In this document: positions 34,710 through 43,152 of the stretch, one piece after another
Layout of the letters: each line of letters opens with the position of its first letter
How positions within the stretch are numbered: the stretch's first letter is position 1
Assembly: GCA_002327305.1 (NCBI GenBank)
Contig: DCUZ01000103.1
Coordinates: 18,102 to 65,798, forward strand
Reading direction: 5' to 3'
DNA length: 47,697 nt
Origin: Holophagales bacterium UBA2201
GTDB lineage: Bacteria; Acidobacteriota; Thermoanaerobaculia; UBA2201
The notes under the pieces: model-generated
What the model was told of the DNA's origin: nothing
Database searches by the model: none
What the model saw: only the letters and a program-made list of their open reading frames with translations
Made by a program: the position numbers and the translations under genes

Positions 34710-35375
34710 CTATGAGTGGTAGGGGTGCACGGACACCTTCCCGAATAGGGAAAGGTAGATGACGTAGCGGTCGAAAGCGGTCTTGGAGACCGTCTTCATG
34801 GTGAACCCGGGAGAGAGCTCGTCCTCCTTGCCCGCGACGATGGTGTCGTTGAACACCAGCCGCTCCCCGCTGTTGTTCCCGCGCGGGTAGGGGCCCTCGA
34901 AGACGGCCCCGTTGCCCCGGAAGACCAGATCGATGATGCCGTCGGTGTTGACCGATTCCACGTCGAAGAGGGTGGATTCGGCCGGGTCCACCTCGATGGG
35001 TGAGGGCATGAACCGCGGCCGCTCGGCCCGCCCCCCGCAGGGCGTCTGGTTGGGGGCGATCTCAAGCCAGTTGAACTGGTCGTCCATGGCGGCCTCGTCG
35101 GTGGAGTTGAGCATGTAGAGGGCGTAGGCCGTCCGCATCCCGGCGACCTCCGGATACTCGGTCATCGGGATGAAGGTAATTTTGACCGGCCGCCCGTTGG
35201 TGATGGCCGCCTGCCGCGCGCTGCGGATGTCGATGACGATCTGGTTCATGTTGGTCCTGAACTTGTACATGGCGACGAACCGGCTGATGGCCGGCACGGT
35301 CACCGTGACCATGATGCCGATGATGGCCACCACCACGAGCGCTTCCACGAGGGTGAATGCTTTTTTGTTTTTCAT
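34710..35375 (-). CDS. FimT/FimU (GspH-like) minor pilin
   Basis: MKNKKA|FTLVEALVVVAII; DIRSARQAAITNGRPV and LVFRGNG motifs. Confidence 0.87.
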   Translation of the reverse strand: MKNKKAFTLVEALVVVAIIGIMVTVTVPAISRFVAMYKFRTNMNQIVIDIRSARQAAITNGRPVKITFIPMTEYPEVAGMRTAYALYMLNSTDEAAMDDQFNWLEIAPNQTPCGGRAERPRFMPSPIEVDPAESTLFDVESVNTDGIIDLVFRGNGAVFEGPYPRGNNSGERLVFNDTIVAGKEDELSPGFTMKTVSKTAFDRYVIYLSLFGKVSVHPYHS

Positions 35376-35390
35376 GGCGTCCTCTCTAAG

Positions 35391-35406
35391 TGCAATAGTC
35401 GTGCCA
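35391..35406 (-). promoter_or_regulatory. sigma-54 (-24/-12) promoter of the minor pilin operon
   Basis: Minus strand TGGCAC-GACTA-TTGCA, an exact match to TGGCAC-N5-TTGCW. Confidence 0.85.
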
Positions 35407-35453
35407 CACAGGGCCGGATTGGTTTTATGTCTTTCATTGGCAATGGTTTAGCA

Positions 35454-37184
35454 TCACATTGCGGCCTCTCCTTCACGCGCAGGGACTGTTTCTTTTTGTG
35501 ACGCTTTTCGGGGAAGGGAGAAGGTGAAGACGGCTCCGGGTCCGGCCGGGGGCTCGCAGGCGAGGGTGCCGCCGTGGAGGGTGGCGATCCGGTGGGCCAG
35601 GGCCAGCCCCAGCCCGGTCCCTTCGGAGCGGGTGGTGTGGAAGGGGACGAAGAGGCGGTCGCGCGCCTCCGGGGGGATGCCCGGCCCCTCGTCGGCGATG
35701 GCGATCTTCGCCTCCCCTCCCTCCACGCTCCAGGAGATCCGGACGCGCCCGTCCGGACGGGCCTGGCAGGCGTTCTCGGCCACCGCCCTGAGGGCCTGGG
35801 CGAGGAGGGCCGGGTCGGCCTCCAGCGACGCGTCCCCTCCGGCGGTCTCGAAGCGGACGCCCGGGTACTGCCCCCCCAGGCCGGCCAGGGCCTCGGCAAC
35901 CACCTCCCCCACCGCCACCGGAACCGGGTGGAGGACCCTGAGGCGGCTGTATTCGAGGAAGCGGCCCACCACCCGGTTGATGTGGTCCGCCTCCCGCACC
36001 ATGGCGGCGAGGTATTCGCCCCCCTTCCCGGGCGGGGGGTCCCGGCGCAGGAGCGTCATGTAGCCGGTGAGGGCGGCGAGGGAGTTGCGGAACTCGTGGG
36101 CGATGCCGGAGGCGAAGGTGCCGAGGGAGGCCAGGGCGCCCTGCACCCGCAGTTCCTCCTCGATCCGTTTCCAGGGGGTGAGGTCGGTGAAGAGGACCAG
36201 GGTCCCGAGGAAGGCGCGTTCCTCCGAATAGAGGGGGGCCACGTTGAGGCCGAGGGTCTTTCCCCGCTCCGCCACTTCCAGCCGGGAGTGGGTCCCGCGC
36301 CCCTTCAGGGCCTCCTCGAGGTTCTTGAGGAGGAGGGGCCACGCCGCGAGGAGTTCGGCCGGGTCCGCGGCCGGCCCGGAGCGCTCCAGGATCTCCAGCC
36401 CCTGCCGGTTGCACTCCACGATCCCATCGTCCGGCCCCAGGACCATCAGGCCGCTGGCGATGTTGCGGGAGAGGGTCCCGGCCAGGACCTCCAGTTCCCC
36501 CGCCCGGTGGTGCGCCCGCCGGAGGAGGCGGTCCAGTTCCTCGTTGGTCCTCCTCAGGGCCTCCACCACGGCCTCGGGCTCCTCGAGGGCCCCCCCCGCG
36601 ACGGGACTGCGGCGCGCCTCCGCCAGGACCGCGTCGTACAGCCGCCCGGCCCGCTTGAGGAAGAGCCAGGTGAGGGCCGGCATGAAGAGGGCGGTGAGAA
36701 GGACCAGGGCGGAGAGGGTGCGTAATTTGAGGTCCTCCGCGCGCCACCGGCCGCCGTCGAAAAAGGTGACGAAGTGGCGGTCCCGGCGCATCGAGGAGAG
36801 CGGGAGGAAGTAGAGGTCCCCCCCGCGCACCGGGCGCATCCGGAAGGGGGCCGGACCGTCGGGCATGGCCTCCAGCGCCCGCCAGAACCGCTCGGCGCCG
36901 GCGGGATGGAACAGGCCGTTGCCGTCCAGATCGATCAACGCCGCCCCCAGGAAAACGGGATCGCCGGTCCCGAGGGGGAGGGTGGCGAGGGGGAGGGTGG
37001 CGAGGGCCCCGTCGTCGCCGAGGCGGGCCTTGAGGGCCTGGTGCCGCTCCAGGAGGGCGCTGAGGGTGAGCCGGCCCCGCTCCTCGTCGCGCTGGAGGAG
37101 GAAGAGGAAGCTGACGATGAGCACCAGCGTCAGAAGGGCGATGGAGAGGGCGGAGAAGGTGCGGGTCTCCTGGAGGAATTTCAT
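35454..37184 (-). CDS. Membrane sensor histidine kinase with PAS domain (PilS-like)
   Basis: Two TMs; H-box IAHEFRNSL; ENACQA; DEGPGI; FHTTRSEGTGLGL; ATG 37184 overlaps the pilD stop (ATGA). Confidence 0.9.
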   Translation of the reverse strand: MKFLQETRTFSALSIALLTLVLIVSFLFLLQRDEERGRLTLSALLERHQALKARLGDDGALATLPLATLPLGTGDPVFLGAALIDLDGNGLFHPAGAERFWRALEAMPDGPAPFRMRPVRGGDLYFLPLSSMRRDRHFVTFFDGGRWRAEDLKLRTLSALVLLTALFMPALTWLFLKRAGRLYDAVLAEARRSPVAGGALEEPEAVVEALRRTNEELDRLLRRAHHRAGELEVLAGTLSRNIASGLMVLGPDDGIVECNRQGLEILERSGPAADPAELLAAWPLLLKNLEEALKGRGTHSRLEVAERGKTLGLNVAPLYSEERAFLGTLVLFTDLTPWKRIEEELRVQGALASLGTFASGIAHEFRNSLAALTGYMTLLRRDPPPGKGGEYLAAMVREADHINRVVGRFLEYSRLRVLHPVPVAVGEVVAEALAGLGGQYPGVRFETAGGDASLEADPALLAQALRAVAENACQARPDGRVRISWSVEGGEAKIAIADEGPGIPPEARDRLFVPFHTTRSEGTGLGLALAHRIATLHGGTLACEPPAGPGAVFTFSLPRKASQKETVPAREGEAAM

Positions 37185-37909
37185 GGCCGGAACAGGTAGA
37201 GGGCGGAAGCGGCGCAGAGGAAGGTGCCGTAGGGGATGGGATAGTGCCAGGTCTTCCCCTTCGCCAGGATGAAGGGGACCGCCACGAGGAGGGCCAGGAG
37301 GCAACTGCCGAGGAGGGGGTAGATCATCCCGGGGAACCCGAAGCACGCCCCGGTCATGGCCATCAGTTTGACGTCCCCGAACCCCATGCCGTAATAGCCG
37401 CGGACATGGTAGTGCAGAAGGAGGACAAACAACAGGAGCCCCGACCCCGCGGCCGCCCCCAAAAGGGCGTCGAAGGGGGCCGGGTCGGTCCCGCCGAAGA
37501 CGCCGAAGGCCAGGGGCAGGGCCGTCCCGCCAAGGGTGAGGGTGTCCGGGAGGAGGCGGGTCTCGAGGTCGGTGAAGAAGAGGACCAGAAAGACGAAGGC
37601 CGTGAGAAAGCCCAGGGCGGCCGCCGGGGTGGGGCCCCATTTCCACAGGGCGGCGGCGGCCGCCGTCCCGGTGAGGGCCTCCAGCAGGGGGTACCGCCAG
37701 GGGATGGGCGCCCGGCAGGAGCGGCACCGGCCGGCCAGGGCCATCCAGGAGAGGATCGGAATGTTGTCCAGGGGCCGGATGCGGGCGCCGCATTCGGGAC
37801 AATGGGAGGCCGGGAAGGCCAGCGACTTCCCCCGCGGGAGGCGGTGAACGCACACATTCCCGAACGATCCCACGATCAGGCCGAAGAGCGCCGCGAACGC
37901 GATGTCCAT
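37181..37909 (-). CDS. pilD: Prepilin peptidase
   Basis: GSFGNVCVHRLP, SHCPEC...GRCRSC zinc motifs, TDLETRLLPD, GMGFGDVKL, IPYGTFL. Confidence 0.94.
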   Translation of the reverse strand: MDIAFAALFGLIVGSFGNVCVHRLPRGKSLAFPASHCPECGARIRPLDNIPILSWMALAGRCRSCRAPIPWRYPLLEALTGTAAAAALWKWGPTPAAALGFLTAFVFLVLFFTDLETRLLPDTLTLGGTALPLAFGVFGGTDPAPFDALLGAAAGSGLLLFVLLLHYHVRGYYGMGFGDVKLMAMTGACFGFPGMIYPLLGSCLLALLVAVPFILAKGKTWHYPIPYGTFLCAASALYLFRP

Positions 37910-39756
37910 TCCAATATAGCGTAGCATAAAAGGGCGGCCCAGCACAGGGCGGAGAGGCGGTACGCCCAGACCGCCCAGCCGGGGGTGAAGGTGACTTCCA
38001 CCCGCCCCGTCCCCCCCGGCGGGACCTCGAAGGCCATCCACGGCCCCGCCGCCCGCCACGGGACGGCCGCGCCCTCCACGCGGACGCGGACATGGCGCGA
38101 GGGGGTGAACCGGAGGAGGCAGGGGGCCGCTCCGGAGGGGAGAGGGAAGGCCAGCCCTTGGCCGGTCCACCGGATCGCCTCCGGCGGCGGCTCGACGATG
38201 GGCCGTCCCTCCAGGGATTCCCACTGCAACTCTCCCGCCGTCAGGACCGGACGGGCCGAGGCCCCGGCCGCGCGGGGATCGTCATCGAGAGGTCCCGCGG
38301 CGGGGCGTCCCTTCAGGGGATGGGGGGTGGAGGTGACGGGGGTCCGTGAAAACAGGTTGCCGTAGGCCGTCCCGCTGAGGAGCATCCTTGCGTCGCTCTC
38401 CCTCGTGAACCGCCCCCCCGGGTAGGCCCAGCGGAGAAAGGCCGCGCTCTCCGGAGGGACGTGGAGGCGGTGGAGGGTCCCGGGGCGCTCGGCGGGGCCG
38501 GTGTGCAGGACCGAGGCCCGCTGGGGGAAACAGAGCGCCGCGCCGACCGCGAGGAGGTCGGCCAGGACCACCCACGCCAGCCAGCGGGAGCGCCAGGGGA
38601 CGAGGGCCAGGGCCCCCAGGGCCAGCGGCGGGACCAGGAGGAGCGGATGGAACCGCCCGGCCGCCCACCCTCCCAGGACGGCCATCCCCACCAAGGCGAG
38701 GAGGGGACGCCGCCTCCCCCCCGCGTGGAGGGCCAACAGGGCCAGGCAGGGGGGAACGAGGAGGAGAAAGCGCGCCGGAAAGCGGACCGCGGAGAGGAGC
38801 GGCGCGTCCATCAGCGGCCCCAGGGGGCCCCGTTCCCCCATCGCCAGGAGGGCGTAGAAAAGGGCCGGGAGGAGATACCACCGGTGTCTTCCCCTCACGG
38901 CCCATCCGTGGAGGGCGAAGGCCAGGAGCCCCGCCCCCAGATAAGGAAGGGGGAGATAGAGATCGTGGGGGGCGGCCGGCGGTTCCCTGAACGGCAGACC
39001 CAGGACCGGACCGGCCAGAGCCGCCGCCCAGTCCCGCCCCCATAGTCCCGCGCGGGCCGCCTCCTCCCCCGCCCGACGGGCCGAGTCGGCATATCCCACC
39101 GCCAGCCAGGCCGCCGTCCCCGCCACAGCGGGAAGCGCGGCCAGGGCCCCCCGGGCGGCGGTCCCCAAACGCCCCCCTTCGGCCCACACAAAAAGGGCCA
39201 GGAGGGGGAGCTGGGCCGCCCACAGGACCGGCTCCCCCGCCAAAAATCCCAGGGTGAGTGCCGTCCCCGCGGCGGCGGGCCGGCCCCCCTTCACCCCCCA
39301 CAGGACCCACGGGAACCAGGCCATGGTTCCCAGATTGAAGGGGAGGTCCCAGCAGGAGAGCATGGGGCCGGAGAACCCGTAGGCGAACCCCACGGCGGCC
39401 GAGAATGCGGGGCCCCGTCCGCACGCGCGGGCCAGCAGGGCCATCCCGAGGGCCGCGGCGGCCAGATGGAGGAACTGATAGGACTGGCCGGCCAGGGCCG
39501 GGGGCAGAACGAAGAGCCAGGTGGGGGGATAGAGGAGCCCCGCCTGGGGGTTGGTCAGAAAGAGCTCGCCGCACCCGTTGAAAGGGCTCCACCAGGGGAC
39601 CCGTCCGCCGAGGGTCTCAGCGACGGCGAAGGTTTTGAGGGGGAGAAAGTAGGGGACGAAGTCGCGGAGGGAGAAGAAGATTCCGAATGCGGGGGGGAGG
39701 AGGAAGAGGAGGGTCAGGGCGATCCAGGGGAGGAGGGGGGGCAGTTTACTCCGCAC
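37876..39756 (-). CDS. YfhO-like polytopic membrane protein (GT-C-type glycosyltransferase candidate)
   Basis: RDFVPYFLP...PWWSPFNGCGELFLTNPQAGLLYPP N-terminal motif, VRFPARF, many TMs; start uncertain. Confidence 0.75.
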   Translation of the reverse strand: MRSKLPPLLPWIALTLLFLLPPAFGIFFSLRDFVPYFLPLKTFAVAETLGGRVPWWSPFNGCGELFLTNPQAGLLYPPTWLFVLPPALAGQSYQFLHLAAAALGMALLARACGRGPAFSAAVGFAYGFSGPMLSCWDLPFNLGTMAWFPWVLWGVKGGRPAAAGTALTLGFLAGEPVLWAAQLPLLALFVWAEGGRLGTAARGALAALPAVAGTAAWLAVGYADSARRAGEEAARAGLWGRDWAAALAGPVLGLPFREPPAAPHDLYLPLPYLGAGLLAFALHGWAVRGRHRWYLLPALFYALLAMGERGPLGPLMDAPLLSAVRFPARFLLLVPPCLALLALHAGGRRRPLLALVGMAVLGGWAAGRFHPLLLVPPLALGALALVPWRSRWLAWVVLADLLAVGAALCFPQRASVLHTGPAERPGTLHRLHVPPESAAFLRWAYPGGRFTRESDARMLLSGTAYGNLFSRTPVTSTPHPLKGRPAAGPLDDDPRAAGASARPVLTAGELQWESLEGRPIVEPPPEAIRWTGQGLAFPLPSGAAPCLLRFTPSRHVRVRVEGAAVPWRAAGPWMAFEVPPGGTGRVEVTFTPGWAVWAYRLSALCWAALLCYAILEWTSRSRRSSA

Positions 39757-41104
39757 ACAAGGAGTTTACCACGCTTCGCATCAATCCCACCCCTTCCAGA
39801 AAGCGGTCCTTGGGGATCGCTTCCCGGTCCGTGTGGACCGTCCCCTCGTGATAGAAGTTGAGGAAAAAGGGGGAAAACCCGTAGGAGGGGATCCCCTGCT
39901 CCCGCAGGCACCGGAGGTCGGAGAACCCGCCGAGGAGGGCGGGCCCCGCGGGGAGGCCGGGGTGGGCCCGGTCGAGGGCGGCGAGGAGGCGCTTGAAGAG
40001 GGGATGGCCGGGGTCGGATGATGCGGTGGGAAGGAGTTCCAGCCGGACGCTCTGTTTCCATCCCGAAAGCTCCCTCTCCAGCATCCCGCGCAGGGCCGCG
40101 TGGTCGGCGGGGTCGAGGGTCCGGGCGTCCATCGTGGCGCGGATGGAGCCCGGCAGGACATTGTCGCCCCCGTCGGTGACCACGGAGGTGAAATTGAGGG
40201 TGGTGTGGATCATATAATGGAAGGCCCCCTCCACCTCCTCGGCCCCTCCGGGGATGGGACGGGAGTTCGGAAAGGCCCCCCGGTACCACCGCACATGGTC
40301 GGCCACGAAGGGGGTGAAGCGCGCCCCGGGGAGGCGGCGGGGGCACTCCAGCAGTTGCCGAAGGGCCGTCCCAAGCGCCGCGTCGGCCCCAACCCCCGCC
40401 CCATGCCCCCCGGGGAGGTCCTTCCGCACCTCAAGCCAGAGGACCCCCTTCTCGGCCACGGCCAGCGACATGAACATGCGCTTGTCCGCCGCCGCGGCGC
40501 TCCGCCCCCCCTCCCCCAGCGCCATCGCCGCCGGCGGGATGAGCCCCCTGCCGGCCAGGTGGCCCATCCCCTCCGCACCGCCCCGCTCCTCGCCGCAGAC
40601 CGCCAGAAAGATAACGCCCCGGCGGGAGCGGTTCCGGGCCGCTTCCAGGGTGGCGGCGAGGTGGGCCACCCCCAGGGATTTGTCGTCGAGGGCCCCCGAA
40701 CCGGAGATCATCCCCCGCGCCTCCCTCACCGGCCAGGCCGGCAGGGCGGTGTCCATGTGGTGTGTCAGGATGAGGGGGAGGAGGGAGGGGTCGGTCCCCT
40801 TCCACTCGGCCAGGAGGTTCACCTGTCCGGGGGACGACTCGATGAACCGCACCGCCAGCCCGGCCTCCCGCAGGGGGACGGCCAGGTAGTCGGCGGCCCG
40901 GCGGGTTTCACGCGCTCCGTCGATGGCCAGGTAGCCCTTGAAGAAGGGGAGGGGGTCGAAGGCGGCCGCGAGGGGGGCGGCGGCCAGAAGCGCGGCGAGG
41001 AAGACGGCCGAAAGCGCGTTACGGCGCGCCGTGGCGGGCCGGAGGGCCCGTCGGGGGGACAAAAAAGCGGCGGGACCGGGGTCCCGCCGCGCTCCATTCA
41101 GCAT
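39746..41104 (-). CDS. M20/M25/M40 family metallo-hydrolase, exported
   Basis: THHMDT, GALDDKS, GEERGG, GEGG, GFSD, VHTDRE; signal-like AALLAAAPLAAA; true start probably downstream of 41104 because this ATG precedes a terminator. Confidence 0.85.
   Translation of the reverse strand: MLNGARRDPGPAAFLSPRRALRPATARRNALSAVFLAALLAAAPLAAAFDPLPFFKGYLAIDGARETRRAADYLAVPLREAGLAVRFIESSPGQVNLLAEWKGTDPSLLPLILTHHMDTALPAWPVREARGMISGSGALDDKSLGVAHLAATLEAARNRSRRGVIFLAVCGEERGGAEGMGHLAGRGLIPPAAMALGEGGRSAAAADKRMFMSLAVAEKGVLWLEVRKDLPGGHGAGVGADAALGTALRQLLECPRRLPGARFTPFVADHVRWYRGAFPNSRPIPGGAEEVEGAFHYMIHTTLNFTSVVTDGGDNVLPGSIRATMDARTLDPADHAALRGMLERELSGWKQSVRLELLPTASSDPGHPLFKRLLAALDRAHPGLPAGPALLGGFSDLRCLREQGIPSYGFSPFFLNFYHEGTVHTDREAIPKDRFLEGVGLMRSVVNSLCAE
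41061..41090 (-). terminator. Intrinsic terminator after the major pilin gene
   Basis: Minus strand GCGGCGGGAC-CCCG-GTCCCGCCGC-TTTTTT. Confidence 0.85.
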
Positions 41105-41122
41105 GGATGAAGGGAAACGGTG

Positions 41123-41620
41123 CTACTTGGACTGCTGGGCGCCCTCGGGCCACTCCACAAACTGCCCGTTGGCCAGGGTGATGTCGTTGTCGAACGAGGT
41201 GGTGATGCCGCAGTACTCCCCGTCGTCGGCGCCGTTCTTGCCGTAGGAGACGATCCGGTAGCCCTGGGCGGCGGTGACGCCGTCATCGAAGAAAAGAATG
41301 GGGCGGTTCCAGCCGTCGTTGGCGGGAAGCTTGGTGATGTAGGTGGGCTGGAGTTCGGTGATCAGCTCGCTGATTCCCACCGTGGAGGCGGCGAGGGAAA
41401 TGCCGTCGATGGTCGAGCAGGTCCCGCCGGGCATGTAATAGCTGTAGTCCACATAGTAGGTTTCCCAGGTGGTGGCGATGGTCTTGATGTCGGCCATCGT
41501 CCTCTTCTGGCGGCCGCGCTGGACGGCGGCGAGCAGGTTGGGGATCGCGATGGCCACGATGATGCCGATGATGGCCACGACGATCAACAGTTCGATGAGG
41601 GTGAATCCTTTCTTTTTCAT
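41123..41620 (-). CDS. Type IV major pilin candidate (PilA/GspG-like)
   Basis: MKKKG|FTLIELLIVVAIIGII.AIAIP; GspG-like DGWNRP...YRIVSYGKNG; strong AAGGAGG RBS, own sigma-54 promoter and terminator. Confidence 0.88.
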   Translation of the reverse strand: MKKKGFTLIELLIVVAIIGIIVAIAIPNLLAAVQRGRQKRTMADIKTIATTWETYYVDYSYYMPGGTCSTIDGISLAASTVGISELITELQPTYITKLPANDGWNRPILFFDDGVTAAQGYRIVSYGKNGADDGEYCGITTSFDNDITLANGQFVEWPEGAQQSK

Positions 41621-41660
41621 CGTGCTACCTCCTTAACAAGATTTTTTTCAATAACTTTAA

Positions 41661-41676
41661 TGCAAGTTAAATGCCA
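41661..41676 (-). promoter_or_regulatory. sigma-54 (-24/-12) promoter of the major pilin
   Basis: Minus strand TGGCAT-TTAAC-TTGCA in AT-rich DNA 40 nt upstream of ATG 41620. Confidence 0.82.
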
Positions 41677-41706
41677 GAAATAACCCGAGAAATCCGACAA
41701 ATTTTG

Positions 41707-43080
41707 TCAATCCCCTGCGGCCACCGCCCTCACCATCCCGCCGGCCAGGGCGTACCCTTCCAGAAGGTGGGGCAGGAAAACGCGCTCGTCGAAGAGGTTC
41801 ATATTGACGCCATCCATGATATTGTACCGGACGGGGACCACCCCGTAGCAGAGCACCCCCCGGTCCCGATAGAGGCATGCCTCCGTGATGGCGGCCGCCT
41901 GGAGGTAGGGAAGGACCCCAACGCCGGGGAGACGACGGCGGTAGGCGTCGGCGATGGCCCTGAACTCGGGGGTGTCATGGGGCGTCATGCGGGCTTCAGG
42001 GGTGACGAATAATTCATAGGGGATGCCGTGGGCCTTGAATACCGCCTCCGCCCGGGCGGCGTATTCGGCGATGGGCTCGCCCCACAGCGCCCCGACCATA
42101 AAATAGGTGCTCCCATCCGGAAAATCAACCCAGTAAGTATTGTTGAAAACAAGGTCTTTGAGGGACCCGGGGAGATACACCTGGCCATAGGGCTTGTCCT
42201 GCACGCAGCGGTCGATGTCGGCCATGCAGTCCCGGAAGAAGTTGACCCGGAAGGGCATCAGATCGAGCATAAACCGCCTCACCTCGGGATGGACCCGGGC
42301 GAGGGGGGGGACGCAGGCCTGCAGTTCGGCGTCCAGCAGGCCCCGGCTCTCCTTGGGCACCTTCAATCTGAACCGGGCGTAGGCCTTCTGCCCCACCTCG
42401 ACCCCCACGAAGCGCACCGAGTCGGCGAGCATCTCCACGATGCCCCCCTCGGTGAGCATGACCGAGCCGGGGGGGAAGAGGCCGCCGTGGTGCTCCAGCA
42501 TCCACTTGGAGCCGGCCTCGTAGTCGGCTTCCTCGGCGCAGGTGGCCAGGTAGATCAGCGTGCGGCGGAGGGGCCATCGCTCCCGGTGGGCGCGGACGAA
42601 GGCCTCCAAAAAGGTGATGCCGTAGCTCTTCATGTCCAGGGCGCCGATGCCGTAGATGTAGCCCTGGTGCGCCGTCGCGTCCCACGGCCCGAACTTCCAC
42701 AGGTCCCCCCGGTAGACGGGGGCGGTGTCCATGTGGTGGTGGAGGATGACGGGGGGCTCGAGCCCCGACCCGCCGGGGAGGACGGCCACGAGGTTGGCCT
42801 TGCCGGGAAGGGACTCGTGGATCTCGGCCTCGATCCCCTCTTCGTGGAGGATCATGGCCAGAAAGATGGCCGCGTCCTTGGTGACGCCGGCGGGCTGGGC
42901 GGTGTTGATGCGCACATAGTCCTGGAAGTGGCGGGTGAAGGGGTGCTCGGTTGCCTCCCGGATGGCATCCAGCTGCGCCTGCATCCCCGTGGGGGCCGGC
43001 CGGATCAGCAGAGCGGCCACCCCCACGCCGGCGAGGAGGACGCCCCAGAGGAGAAGACGGTGCGGTGTGCGCATACCCAT
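41707..43080 (-). CDS. M20/M25/M40 family metallo-hydrolase, N-terminally anchored
   Basis: HHHMDT, GIGALDMKS, CAEE, TEGG; N-terminal hydrophobic helix. Confidence 0.87.
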   Translation of the reverse strand: MGMRTPHRLLLWGVLLAGVGVAALLIRPAPTGMQAQLDAIREATEHPFTRHFQDYVRINTAQPAGVTKDAAIFLAMILHEEGIEAEIHESLPGKANLVAVLPGGSGLEPPVILHHHMDTAPVYRGDLWKFGPWDATAHQGYIYGIGALDMKSYGITFLEAFVRAHRERWPLRRTLIYLATCAEEADYEAGSKWMLEHHGGLFPPGSVMLTEGGIVEMLADSVRFVGVEVGQKAYARFRLKVPKESRGLLDAELQACVPPLARVHPEVRRFMLDLMPFRVNFFRDCMADIDRCVQDKPYGQVYLPGSLKDLVFNNTYWVDFPDGSTYFMVGALWGEPIAEYAARAEAVFKAHGIPYELFVTPEARMTPHDTPEFRAIADAYRRRLPGVGVLPYLQAAAITEACLYRDRGVLCYGVVPVRYNIMDGVNMNLFDERVFLPHLLEGYALAGGMVRAVAAGD

Positions 43081-43152
43081 GGCGTTCCATTATACCTTCC
43101 CCGGGTGGGGTTGTCACCTCGGCCCCGGACGCCCCGGTGGTAAAATGGGTCC

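Noticed and set aside
41123-41620. Electrically conductive (e-pilin) interpretation of the major pilin
   Set aside because: Aromatic content is fairly high (17 of 160 mature residues by hand count), but there is no aromatic residue between F1 and W47, so the Geobacter positions 24, 27 and 32 are missing
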